Positions 27,501-41,300 of a stretch of 64,000 nucleotides of DNA are shown in pieces. The notes under the pieces are model-generated. The model was not told where the DNA came from and ran no database searches. It saw only the letters and a list, made by a program, of their open reading frames with translations. Positions within the stretch are counted from its first letter, which is position 1. Each line of letters starts with the position of its first letter. The stretch lies in contig CM082578.2 of the NCBI GenBank assembly GCA_040954595.2, positions 12,400,520 through 12,464,519 on the forward strand. Direction: 5' to 3'. Source of the DNA: Balanoglossus misakiensis. Taxonomy: Eukaryota > Animalia > Hemichordata. The position numbers and the translations under genes were made by a program.

Positions 27501-29516
27501 GGCAAAGTCGTCTAAAAATTATACTTTGGCCTTCTGCATAGTCCGACAAACCTATAGATCGGTCAGTCTTGGCTGGTTTCTGTCACAGGCACTCATACCC
27601 GAGACCATGCAGCGTCTCAAGTCTGATGACGTTTGATGTCTCGATTATTCTCAGTGTCACATGGTCTACAGAACATGTCGGATTCGTCTTCTCTCAACGA
27701 TCTGGCGAACAAACGAACCAATCAATTGGCTTGTTTCTGTGACATCGCAGGACAGGCATCTTCCAAATCTGTTTTGCCGAGAATGTCAAATGTCGTTGTT
27801 TTCTTGAACGCCTCAGGAACACAGGGGTCATTTTTGGCAGGTTAGAGAACCCCTAACACGTCATCGTTCTGCTGACGGTTTTTTTTACAAAAAAAAATAC
27901 TTGATTGCAAAAATGGGTTTACTTATTTTGGAATAGTAAACAGTCCTTCAAGACGGAGCTGCATGTTACCCGCATGATTTTTTTTCATATCCATTTTTCC
28001 CATCGAAGACGACTTGTAATTTTAACAATAATTAGTATCTAAGTTTGTTGGCTGGTCAATACAGCCTAAGTGGTGTATAAACATAAGCTTCATTGTGGAA
28101 CAAATGAATTTATTCCAGACTAAATGTCGATTTGAACAGTATACAATGCACTATATATAGGCTGAGTAATTGGCATGTCACGGAAATTTGAAGTTGCACA
28201 ATATATACACAGAAATATCGTGTTATAATTGTCAAAAATTGCAAGTATTGTTGCCCTATCTAAAGGAGAAAAATTACCTTTCTGGTAAATTAAATTTTAC
28301 ATTTGATTTTGTTCTGGTAATCCCCACATCTTTCTCATCATAATATGTGTCAAGTTCAAGGGCTCGTGTCGTACAGAAAGCTGTCGTATTTCTCTGCTTT
28401 TCAATCTAAAGGTCTTGGCTGCGTCTGCAGAAGTTAATATGTCTTGTTTGTGAAAAATTCTCTGTGTGAATGTCATTGCTTTGAGGTCAACAGCTTTGCC
28501 ACTGTCTCGACAAAGCATAGTCCCGAATAATTTGAATAATCGGCTTCCCTGTGACCTGGTGCCGGGGTGGGGCAGATGGTGTCATAGATGGCTTACAATA
28601 CAATAAATTGCCAACTGAATTGGATTGGACTGGAGCAGCGGATGTTTGTTTCATTACTCTTCACATTTCAATGATGAAATGAAATGTTAAATCAATGTTC
28701 CACCACAATAAGTTATTTTGCATGATAATCACTTTTGAAGTTAGTGTATGCGCTTTGAACGGAAGGGAAACAGAATTCTGTTGGCATAAGTAATATCATG
28801 TTATGTAACAAATTCTGGCACTCATACCCGTTAATTAAGATCTGACAACCCCGTCAAAAAGCTTGTGCACACAAAAAATACTGCCCACCAAACATTCGAC
28901 TTCAGGGTTTTACTGTGAGCTGTTGTTGTTTATTGTTTGGAGCCTCGCGCGGGATAACACTTTACTGCGTAGAACTTCTTTTCACTCCCGAGACGGCGCC
29001 ATGTTGTACTTTCAATGGCGCACGCGCAACGAGTGAAAGTACGTACGACCGCATCACTCAAGAAAACAAAGTCCGTACCCTAGAGATCATCGCGCGCACA
29101 CAGGTCATGGCGTCCTGTCGTGTGATATACTTGCCAGTCTGTCGATTAATATATATTCCAATAATAACAATCATGGTTTCTACCTAGCAATTCAACGCGG
29201 TAATTGGCCTCATCATTGTAGTAAAACTCTGGTTTCAAGAAGATGCCGTTTTTTTTCTGAAGCAATGCAACAACGCACCCATGATTAATATAAGAGAACA
29301 CTTTAAATTACAGACTCTTAGGATTAGATTTGATATTGAAAGTCTCCAAACAAAAATGCTGGTGGAAATGAAAAAAAAGTAATTTACCAGTATTCTTGAC
29401 TCAATCACCTATAACCGGAAATATACTGAGTAAAATACTATGAGGTTTCGGTTGACATAGCTTCTCTGTGTGTATTTGTTGTCAGAATGCTTGCATTACA
29501 ACATGACGAGTGCTTA

Positions 29517-29719
29517 GGGGAGAACATTTTCATTCCTAGGGGTGGGGGATTTGAATATGTCATCAATTTTTCTCTCAGCCACTGTTACAGCAATCTTTTT
29601 TTTCGATTACCAGTCCATATTTTCCCTCAAGACATTGCAGAAGAAAACAATTTCCTTTGCACCATCAGCCAACAAAATATCCCCAAACCCCCCCCCCCCA
29701 GAAATCAAATGGTCTCCCT
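29517..29719. mobile_element. MITE, same family, copy 2 (diverged)
   Basis: Starts TTA|GGGGAGAAC and ends CCCCAGAAATCAAATGGTCTCCCT|TTA. Shares internal blocks tcagccact, acagca, ccagtcca, cctcaag and attgcagaagaaaa with copy 1, in the same order. Confidence 0.78.
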
Positions 29720-31816
29720 TTATGCACCGGAGTGACTGTCTCACCTACTTAGATTGGAGTTTGTCGTCGTTTTCTCGACACACAGCGACAGTCAATACAG
29801 GAAATAAAATTGTGACATCAGCCACTTGTCTTATTGTATACAGCATATATTCCAAATTCATTTGCTTTACCGCTGGCTGTATGTACCGCTAGTAGGCGTT
29901 TTATTATACTTCGACTGTTATTTCCACATCGACAATTTCTGTCTCACCGAATTATCTGGTAACCGCGCCAAATTCATGAAAGAATTACGTAAAAGTTCAT
30001 ATCACCTCCAATGTTTCTCAAATGCGACAGTTGGGTTAATCTTATCCCCAATCGAGCTCTGCCAAGCGTGGCTCACTCCAATGAACTCACATGTTATGAC
30101 CGCATCAAATCTAATCGCCAGATTTCTTTATCGCCGCTGGCATCAGAATATGAGCGATCAAACGCTTTCGGAGTAATTCGACTTTATACCTCAGTAAATG
30201 GTCATTACGTTGAGTACATACTTCATTATTTCAAAAGCCTCGGAATACGAAAATGGCGATGGCACTCTTTACGACAGTGATTTTAATCGGCCGTGATATC
30301 ACATATACGACTTCTTGTTCGGTTTATGCTTCACTCAAAACCAAGAAGGCAGTTTCGCTGCCTATGAGTTGGGCATTTACAACATTCGTTGTATTCTTAC
30401 TTTTTCAGTTTTGGCGTTTATGAGTGTATATATATATCACTCACAGATATTCAATGTGAAATGTAGTCTTAGGGACAAATGATTATTTTACATGTCTGTA
30501 TGCAATAACTGGATTTCAAGATCAGCCAGTCTTGTTCCGACGCCAGCTGAGATTTACCTTCGGAGTCGCATTTTCTTGGAAAGATCCGCAACATGTCGAG
30601 ATCATTCAGTCTTATCTAGCGCGAATGTGCCGGTTAAACCGTGATTCCCCTCGCGTGGCTCTCCAGGGTTTCAACACGTATTAGTTCCCCCATGTACATT
30701 CATGAATGTGCTTCAGGATGGGTCTTCAGGGGCCGGGGTAAAGAACGAGCAAAAAAAAGACAGCAGGGAAACCGCGCGGTCACGTCAGTGCAGATAGGTC
30801 ACGATGATTTTGGTGCAGTGTAGGCCTAGATGAACGGGTATTTCGCAGCGCAAGGCTACAAGAGATTGAGTGAACCGTGCCCGCCGTACCCAACAAAACA
30901 GCATGCGCGATTTGCCACAGCGCTTTTATTCAGAAATGGGTTTTTGGGTTGTACATGTATAATTGCAGGAATTCGTCGTGCGGACTCGAGGAATCCAGAA
31001 AGTTGTCAAGGCGCGACTGAAGCGAACACAGAAGGGAGTCACAGTGAGAATCGAATCAACGCAATAACCGGCTCAAAATTATAACCGTATTGACTGTTGA
31101 CATGTGACATACTGTAGAACCGTTATCCGATTAATTCGACAAAAAAATAGTACGTCAGACCCATAATGTTTCTTTGCAGGAGACCGAAGGTGCCGCCTCA
31201 AAATTTACGAGCGATTTCTATCATCGCGTTATATATATTCTGTCTCTCTCTTTTTGGTGTCGCGCGACATGTCGCCAGTCGGATTCTGGCTGCCATTTGC
31301 ATCGCCTCAAAATGTGAGCTAGGCTTGAATAAATGACTACCCATGATTTCCCGGAAACGTCTGTCAAGCGAACAAAGCATTTATATCAAAATCTCGGGGA
31401 AACGTATTGAATTTACCTCGGTAGATTCAGGGACGCAGAAAGTAGAAATTTATCCTTCGGGGGATATTACTTATTATAATACCCAAGTTCACTTGAACAT
31501 ACAGTCACAATCAACGTTATTTATTCACTTATTTCCTTTGGAGGGTTCGATATGGAATCGATATATACCGTTTTATTAGACAGCTGTAACGCCATATAAG
31601 GGCGGGGGCAGAAGTAACAGGCCAGGGAGGGCTGGTACTGTTTTTCAAAAGATTCTTTCGCTTTATAATGACGTCCCTGAATCACGACCAGGTCGTTGTC
31701 CGCGTACGAAAAGTAAAGGACCAGTTTACTCTTTAGTCACTGCCACTGATTCTTGGACACCTTTCAACAACATTCCGACGAAAACTGTTTTGGCCCCACA
31801 TGCCTTACATACTCGT

Positions 31817-31849
31817 GTCATGTCATGTCATGTCATGTTACGTCATGTT
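31817..31849. repeat. (TGTCA)n pentanucleotide repeat
   Basis: tgtcatgtcatgtcatgtcatgttacgtcatgt. Confidence 0.85.
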
Positions 31850-32461
31850 GTTTTCAAGCTGATCCAGCCAGGAGTTGGTGACCCGAACCCCCAACAGGTC
31901 ATCTCGTGCATGAAAAGTGTAACCACATAAAACCATGAAGTCATGCACACAGCCTCCCATTGACAAACACTCAAACAGACACGGCCAACCGTGACCTTAA
32001 TTTAGTTTTCATTCTACCGCCTTGGGTGTAATTTTTTATCATGGTATTGCAAACTGCGCAGTTGTTCCTTTGTTACTCCGTGACTTGGGGGCATAAAACA
32101 ATTCATGCAGCGCCTCCATTTAAAAATAATCAAACCTTGCATTATTTCAATCGCATACGGGTCGCCGCACGCCAAGGAGAAAATGATTGGCCATTTGCGT
32201 AATAAAACCTGATTTGTTATTACTGGTATATAATCGATTAGTTGGTAATGAGGTCGTTATGGCCAAACACGAGAGGAGAGAGTCGTAACGGTTAACAACC
32301 ATCAGGATGTGTAAAATAACTCATTTTATCGAAAGGTCGTCGATTCATAATGGACAAAGGCTTCGGGGTAATATTTCGCTCTGATATTTGCAGCGTTGAA
32401 GTTTTAGGAGATAACAAGGTTTCAGAATATCTGTGATTTTAGAAGTTGGTTCATCTCAAAT

Positions 32462-32594
<133 letters not shown>

Positions 32595-35500
32595 CGTTTC
32601 TCTCATCAAAAACTCAAAGACGTGCAAACGACGCACATGAGCGAACGTTTCCATAGAAACAGACAAACCTCCCACCCTTCTTTCTAATATGGCAGTTTTT
32701 ATCCCCTTTCATAGAGGCTGATTTATATACAGTTAACAGAAGCCATATAAAGCTGTTAGGCGTTGTTCGGCATTTTCGCACATGCAATTTTATGCCATCA
32801 ACATGTCCCCCGTGGCTCATTCACGTTGGCTGGCCATCTTGTTGCCTTTCAATAGACATTTTTCTGTGCTATATAGATTTTAAGAGCCGTGTTCTTGCCA
32901 TCACCATTGTTCACAGAATGTGTATCAGAGACCGTTTTTAAAAAACAACAAAATGGCAGATTGGCTTCTGCAGATCGACACTTTCGATACCACTTTATTC
33001 TCCCCGCCTGAATTACAGGTACGAGTTTCCAATAGCTTTGAAATATCGGCCCCGGGTTAGAAGGCGGCGGTACAGATGGTTATTTATGGAGGTGCACAGA
33101 TTGGGAATTAGGCAGTCCTGGAGTTCGTCAGCGTTACCCGGGCAGTTTTCCGTGACTTCTGGGTGCTCACGTCTGTCTTATTACGGGGGCTGGGGGTACC
33201 GCTGACGAATTTCCAACTCGGCGTGATAATTTGATTCCGCGGCAGCCATGGTTTCATCAAAAAGTCATCGATGAAATCCACGCCACTGGAGGCACATAAG
33301 TATATCCCTATACACGATAGCAAGGAAGCTATACTTCAATTGCATTCTTCGGTCGATTACCAGACACTACCTGTAGTTATCATTGATTACACAATCGCGA
33401 AATTGATCAAAATTGTTGTCATCTCGGAGTCGTCTGATTTTGTCACCAATCAGGCATGTGTGAGGTTTCGTGCTTTTTACGACCCGCGGTTCTCTCGTAC
33501 AAGGCAGAGATTATAATACATTTCAGTTTCTGAAATGCGCCAGTGACGTCATTTACAGGAAAATTGCCGGATTCCCGAGGCAGTCAATTGCCCGACTCCC
33601 CGTTCCATGTCTTGGAAATATCGAATTACTTTTGAAATTCAATTTTTGATTTCAGAATACTAAAATGTTAAAATGCAACGGATTTCTGTCACAAATTGCC
33701 TGTCCGGCCATGTAATTTAAGCGATCCAAATGGCGATGGGTTGGTTTGAAACCAATTCAGTTGAACAGCATAGTTATTCTTTTGAGAGGGAAAACCTGAA
33801 CTGTGCGTTTGTGAGTGTACGTTGGTCAGTCATTCAAAAGGAAATGATGTATGTTTGGATGTGCTAACAAAAGTAAGAAACATAGAGTGGCATTTCAGGG
33901 AACACCTGGAACAAACTCAGTGTTGACAAATCACCGTTTATACGCTGCAAATCGACTCTGTACTCGAAATACACCGAGTGTTTCCAAGTTTCCACATCGC
34001 ATTAATTTGTTAAACAAACACACAATCCTGCCATCAATCAGTGAGCTTGACATGAGAAATGGACAAACGCAATCCGATACAACAATTAATGCCCGTGATT
34101 GATAGCTATGCAAGTTGCGGTGGGGAAAATGAGGGTTTCTGTTTTCAGAGAAAACTAGATTTATGAGATTTTCCTGTGAAAGTTTACAGCGATTGATGTA
34201 AGTGTCTACGCGAGGGTTGACTGTATGTTTAATAGAAGGGTGTAACACGTCGGTGAAAACGCATATTCTGGACTAGTAGTTCACTAATTACTGCTTTTAA
34301 TCATTGCATTGACAAGGAATTGGTTGAACTATAATAAGAGCTATTATGAGATGGGGAAACCGTGACACGTCGAAGGCTAACGACGCGATAGTGTTAACCT
34401 GTAGCAGCATGTATTAAACCATGTCCAATGTACACTGGTACATATGCAATACTTCTTTTAGTCAGTGGATTAAAGCGAAACGCTTTCACCGTCTTGCTTG
34501 TTTTAGAGTTTTTGCTCAACATCAGATTTCAGCCAGTATCAGATTATTTCTGCAAATCGTACAAAACGTGATCTATATTTAGGGTGTAGACTTGCACCTC
34601 GTATAGATATCAAATGCGGCTTTTTATAATGGATAACACACGAATTCTCTCGAGTCATTCTGATCCCATTCACCATTCCATTACTTTCTCCCCGTGGTTC
34701 GCCTTGTCTAATCTTAAGAGCACGGCAGTGTCGGAAGGCCTTCATGTCAGCGAGAGCCCAGAGAGAGGGTCTTCTTTGATGGGGCTGCCTTTTCATATAT
34801 ATCTCACGTCTCTGCTGGCTCAGTAACACCAAGAGCGTGTTCACACACGTGGTTTCGCACATCCGCCGCTGAAATCGACACCGACACGCCTGCGTAGATG
34901 TGTTGTTATCTCCTGTCAATCTAACAACTCGGACTATACCTTCTGGTCCGGTCCGCATGCGGCACCGCGGCCCGCGCATGATGTATGACTTAACCAGTGC
35001 ATGCAGCGTGAATGCGGCAAGCTGATGTGTTCGCTTGTCCACTAAGTGGAACGCGGGTGCTAATTTTTACTCGGTCACGACGGCAATTTACGCTCTTTTT
35101 CGACGCACACAGTCCTCATTGCCTTTTATGTTTTCTATAAGAGAGTACCGACCCTTGCGCGTCTGGCGGAGGCGGGTGTGTTTTCCTTAAAAAAAAACCC
35201 GCCACGGCTGTCTGGAGCTTCTTCATTCAAAGGTAAACGAACGGCACTTTTTTATATTCCATTTAAGAGACTCTCGTTTATACCTGGACGGCCATTCAAA
35301 TTTGATCTGTTTTGATCAGATTACCACTGCACGGTTGCAGGTAACTCAATTAGGCCGCTGTAATTCTATATTTTGCGGATTTATTGGTAATTTGCGGCTA
35401 ATAAACGACCGGTGTATTTTTGTTTGCCGCGCTTATTGACTTAAAATAAACACTCCGTGCGATTTGCCCGTGCGTGATGATGACTCCTGCATCCAAATTG

Positions 35501-36494
35501 TTTCAGATATTGAAGACGCCAGGAATTGTGTTGCATGCACGTCAGTTTGTTTCTGTTTGTATTGGTTATGCAGATATCATGAAAGACGCGTATATCACAG
35601 AATATCCTTGTCGCTATATATAGTCTCCTTTCAGAAGTTGAAAACAGAGTGCACGAGACAATAAGACTTACTAGTATATCCCGCTCGAGATTCTCCTGTC
35701 GCCGGCAATTTACAAATCGGCTTCCATGATGTCGCCGGGTTTACAATCACACTACAATATGGCGCAGGCGCGTCAACCGACTACCAGAATTCTAAAATGC
35801 CCGCTGTATTGTTGTTGCCCTTTATCAAATTACGACCAGCAATCAGAATTTTGCTGGTACCGCCCGGAAGCTCATATATTAACGTGGACGTGACCTAATA
35901 GAGAAATGAGATTATATACCAATACACACAATGGGTAATCAAAGTCAACGTAGCTATACTTAATAAGTGGCATTCACCTTCACTAATAGTCGCGTCAGGA
36001 TCAATGAACTTTAATTGACGTAACAAGCACACTAATTTGTCGCTCAGTTCAATTATAATATTTTGTCATGGCCACAGAGTGCGTACACACCACGCTTGAG
36101 CATTTTCTGGATATATTGTGCATTTTTTCAGGTAGATCCGGATGAAATTTATTGGCGTGCGCAAATCGCCCCACCAGCTTGCCTTGCAATTATCATTTTT
36201 ACAAGTGATTTATCTGTGCGGGCATAGACTTTCTGTCACAGAAGGTGCGCGTACGGGTGCACTGGAGGTCAGCCCCGTGATCGAAACACATCCAGCAGCC
36301 AGCGGTTTTCCGTTACACAGCCTCGCGACCAGAGTTCGTACTTATAAGAGCTGGATGCATCGGGTGTGTTTGTTTTTGCGCGGGAGTCCTCAGAGCGTAA
36401 AATTGATGTGGGAAAAACAAGTCATTCCTCTTTTGGATTAGTCGTGTGTCGTGTAATTTGACTGACTGTTATTCTCTTTTCGCTCTACCCGCAG

Positions 36495-36993
36495 CTGCCA
36501 AAATGACTGAGTAAATGTCAGTTGGGTGAAGAGTTGACCCGGGTTCGTTGTTCAAATAGGCTTTGCCGAGGAAATCGCAGGACCGATATTGGATTCAAGG
36601 AAGAATGGCTCTTGTCGGCAAATAACTTGTCATCTTTCTCTCTCCGCCGCCGCCGGTGTGGATCTTGTGGACGTCCTGGCGAGAGAATTCTCAAATAATG
36701 GTGTTTCGAGGGGGAAGAGGGAAGATGAGATATGCGGGATGCTTTTGACGACGTGCTCGACAGATTCTTGGAGTTGGTTTACTTCAAAGCTGACTTGTGT
36801 ACTTGCTGCCTGTGTGTGGTAATTTTAAGGAAATCTGTGTACTAAATGCGTCCTTCGACTGTTTTTAAACTGAACTCGGCGGCATGCTTGATTATCGATG
36901 GCTGTGTCAGCCATCTGGGAATGAAATTTTAAGCATTTTTTCGCTAGTTCATGATAAATTTTGAAGGCAACTTCACGGTGAATGTAGGCAGCT
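36495..36993 (+). other. Probable 5' UTR part of the first coding exon of gene 1, following a strong splice acceptor
   Basis: Branch-like tgactgac (~36459-36466), then ttattctcttttcgctctacccgcAG ending at 36494. A weaker alternative acceptor ttttttcgctAG ends at 36947. Confidence 0.55.
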
Positions 36994-38383
36994 ATGAACG
37001 ACAGAGCAGGACCGGTATGTAAGTCGGCCACCAAGAGCAGAAAGCAGTTCGTTTACTTCTGCCTTGTGGTGCTGAACGTACCGTTCTGCCGTGTGGTGGA
37101 AGGGAACGAGAGCGGAAGCGGGTCCGGTCCCAATAGCGTGTACGAGGACGGCGATATCATGATCGGAGGTTTGTTCCCCGTGCACGAGAAGGGCAAAAAC
37201 GACATCGCTTGCGGTGGGATCAACACTGGCAGAGGGGTGCAACGATTGGAAGCCATGCTGTTTGCTTTGGATGAGATCAATAGGGACGACAACATACTGC
37301 CCGGCATACGACTCGGCGCGAATATCCTGGATACGTGTTCCCGTGACACATATGCGCTAGAGCAGTCGCTGGAGTTCATCAGGTCGTCGCTCTCCAATAT
37401 AGGACAAACCCAACTCATTTGCATCAATGGATCGGAAAGTATCGCGGATCTTCCCAAACCAGTGGTCGGGGTGATCGGGGGCGCGTACAGCAGCGTCACT
37501 TTGCAAGTGGCCAATCTGTTGAGGCTCTTTCAGATACCCCAAATAAGCTACGCTTCGACGAGCGCGAAGCTCACCGACAAAACCCGCTACGAGTACTTCG
37601 CCAGGACCGTGCCCCCGGACAACTTCCAGGCGAAGGCCATGGTGGAAGTCATCTCGCTGTTCAACTGGACCTACGTGTCGACGGTGGCGTCGGAGGGGCA
37701 GTACGGCGAGATGGGCATCAGCCAGTTTCTGAGAGAGGCCCGGGCGAAGAACATCTGCATCGCCGCCTCCACCGTCATCGCCACGTCGTCGGACGGCTCC
37801 ACGTACGACGACGTCATCCTCGTCGTCAAGCGCGCGACCAACGCACGAGTGGTCATCCTGTTCACCCGCGCGGACGACACCAGGGGCGTTCTGTCGGCCG
37901 CCACCCGCGCCAACCTGACGGAGAACTACATCTGGATCGCCAGCGACGGATGGGGCAAGCAGGAGGCCCCTATCAAGGACAACGAGGACGTGGCCGAAGG
38001 TGCTATCACGCTGGAGTTGCAAACTCAGCACGTTCAGAAATTCGACGACTACTTCAAAAAGTTGCGCCCTCTGACGAACTCGCGCAACCCCTGGTTCATT
38101 GAGTATTGGGAACACGTGTTGGAGTGCACAGTTGGATTTAATACGCAGAATAATAACAACAATTCTTTCCCGCCATGCCAGGAAGACGATAGTTTACTTT
38201 CCATTGATTTAATTCAAGACTCCAAAGTACAGTTCGTGATCGACGCCGTCTACGCCATGGCGCATGCGTTGCATAATATGAACAGGCGACTTTGTCCAAA
38301 CTCACTACAGGGCATGTGCAAGAACATGGAGCCAGTGAAGGGACATGATCTTTATCAAGACATATTGAAAGTCAATTTTAAAG
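36994..38383 (+). CDS. GRM2/3: mGluR gene 1 coding exon 1: signal peptide and most of the Venus flytrap domain
   Basis: ORF 36994..38412. In-frame TAG at 36985-36987 fixes the start region. Donor AAAG|GTAAGC at 38384, phase 1, after LKVNFK. Confidence 0.95.
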
Positions 38384-41300
38384 GTAAGCGTCTCTTGATC
38401 TTCCACAGATAAGAGAGTATGATACGTGATTGATACACAATATTAACCAACAGAAAATACATGTACATGCGGTATAGGGAGTGTTCTAAATGTTACAGCG
38501 TGTTTTAAAACAGACACGTCAGTTGGAAGGATTGACCTTCTTCACTGACCTTTCCTGGCAAAGAACGGGGACACGCCTCCCAGATGGCACGCAGTATCTG
38601 AAATTGGCGATCAGTGGAGAGGATGAGATATGGATCATTGAATATGTTCTGTTTCCTTTTTTTACCGCCGTATGGTATGAAAGAGAGAGAGCATGTCAGA
38701 GAGTTTTATCGCCGACCTGTCATTGTTTTTGCCTATTCATAACGCGGGACACTTCAATCTCTTTTGTCTTTAACAGTCACATCCCCATACCATATGTTTA
38801 AAGTCAGAACACCCTCCATTATAGATCGGTACACCGATTGAAGTGCATTCTGGTGAACATCGAATGATTTAAGTTCCCTTGGGACATGCAATCTTTGCTA
38901 ACTGAAGCCTTTTCACGATATACTCAGTATTTCCATTGAAGCAAAAATTTTCGTCCAATGGAGAACCTAGACACTTAAAACACGTGACAACTTAAACAAT
39001 TTGTCACTTATTTTCGACAAAGTTTCTTTGCTTTTTAAACATTCGTGTTTGTATTTAATATCTCACTTTCGGGTAATAGAACGAGAGCAATATCACAAAC
39101 GAAGTTTACACCCCGTTTACACAAAATTGTACTTGAAAACTAGTTAAAATGGCAATTCAGTACAGAATTCGGCGAACGCCGTCAATGTCTGTGCGTGGCG
39201 TGGCGGTGGTTTTGCCTGCCCCACGACCAGACCGGCGCCGTGCAACGGAGGGATCGTCTGCTTCGTCGTGTAGAGCTTTTTTTAACTAGTGTCACCAGAA
39301 GCCTCAAAGATTTTACCGTGACAGTGATTGATGGCCCACTGAGATTGATGGCAGACTGAGAGCCAACGCCGTGGCGTTGTCTTTGTCTCGCTGCACGTTC
39401 CGTGATTGATATCTGCATAACCAAGGAGAGATTACTGCATTCTAATAAACCAGGATCGCTTTGAGGCCGCACATATCACCAGCCATCCTAATTGACACCA
39501 GTGACATCTGCCCTTCGCCTAATGATGAGAACCGGTGGTTTTAAACCAAAGCGCAATAAAAATTGAACTATTTTTCATTAACCGGCAACAATTTTATTGT
39601 CCAGGCACGCATGAAGACGAACCGCGGATCAAAATGATAGGGATTCGATTGACAGTCACTTTGACAAATAACGTGGTAGGTCGGAGTGCTGGCACTTAAA
39701 CGCAGAAATGATTAATTGGGTCGTATTGACAAAATAAGCAACGGCGTAGTTGTCCGATGATATATTCGAATTAGGGTCTACACCCTCAAGTATTGGAGCA
39801 TTGAGTACTTCAATCGGTTGTCGGTTTGTTTCGAATGATATCTATTATGTTTCTAAACCGACTAACATTTTTTTCTGCATCGAATATGCCACATATGACC
39901 TACCCGACCCTTTCATGTCTGTTTGGGGAAATGTGACCCCGTTGACGGTTTGAAAGTTGACCTGCAACGCTGGTATCCATCCGTTCCGCCCACCCCATTG
40001 TAATAATCTAATAGTTTCTGACAAATTCTCTATAAACAATGTTAGAAAGATGTGCCATGCATACGGTGCCACTAACCCGATCAAAAAACTAATCCAGGCT
40101 TATCAACACTAAATTCAGAACCTTCCGTCGGAGTGATTCTGTTTACAACTATAGGCAGTTTCATGTTCGTATTTAAGGACACGTTATTCACCATGTCCTC
40201 ATGGAGGGGGGAACGCCAAGCTTTCTACTCTCTGGTAACCTAGAACAAACTCAGATTATTTACTTGCAACATTAAATGGTAACATTACCAATGCAACTAG
40301 TGTATCTGTCGAGGATTTTGAAGCTTTACGCCTCGGGTTTATTAAATTAAACAACATTGTAATAACTTGCAGTGTGTCGCACGTGCGATTGTGCTTATCC
40401 GGAGAATGTAACATGAATTGGCGATACACACGACAAACTAACGCGCACGGATTTACCCAGCATTCCATTTTGTTTTCTCCCTTTCAGACATGGTGGGGGC
40501 CGACGTAAGCTTCGACCAACAAGGTGACGGTCTTGGCCGCTATGACATCATGAACTTTCAGAAAGACCCAGAGTCGCACAGCTACCACTACGTGCGGGTG
40601 GGCCACTGGTCCAACCGGCTGAGAATGGACCCGGAGCTGGTGAACTTCAACCCGCGCGTGCCCAGGCACAACTCTCGCAGGGTGCCGTTCTCCCAGTGCA
40701 GCCTGCCGTGCGAGAAGGGCGAGGTGAAGCACGTGCGCGAGGGCGAGAACTGCTGCTGGATCTGCACCAAGTGCCAGTCGTGGGAGTACCTCAAGGACGA
40801 GTTCACCTGCGTCGACTGCGGCAACGGCAGCTTCCCGACGGACGACCTGAAGGGCTGCTACAAGCTGCCCGAGCAGCACATGCAGTGGTACGAGCTGTGG
40901 TCCATCCTGCCGGCGCTGGTGTCGGCGCTGGGCATCGTCCTCACCTGGATCATCATCGCCGTGTTCATCAAGCACAACGACACCCCCGTCGTCAAGGCGT
41001 CCGGGCGGGAACTCAGCTACCTGTTGCTCACGGGAATATTCATGTGCTACCTGATCTCCTTTCCTCTCCTGTGCAAACCCAACCCCTTGGTCTGCGGACT
41101 GCAGCGCTGCGGACTGGGACTCTCCTTTTCCATCTGCTACGCGGCCCTCTTGACAAAGACGAATCGTATCTCCAGAATTTTCAATTCCGCTCAACGCACA
41201 GCACAGCGGCCCAAATACATAAGCCCCGTGTCACAGCTAGTGATTTGCGTGTGTGTTATCGCAGTGCAAGCCGTCGGCGAGGTCCTATGGTGTGTCATCG

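Noticed and set aside
37053-38115. Long antisense and alternate-frame ORFs over exon 1 (252, 227 and 153 aa)
   Set aside because: Shadows of the very high GC3 of the mGluR frame, which removes stops. No recognisable protein motifs.
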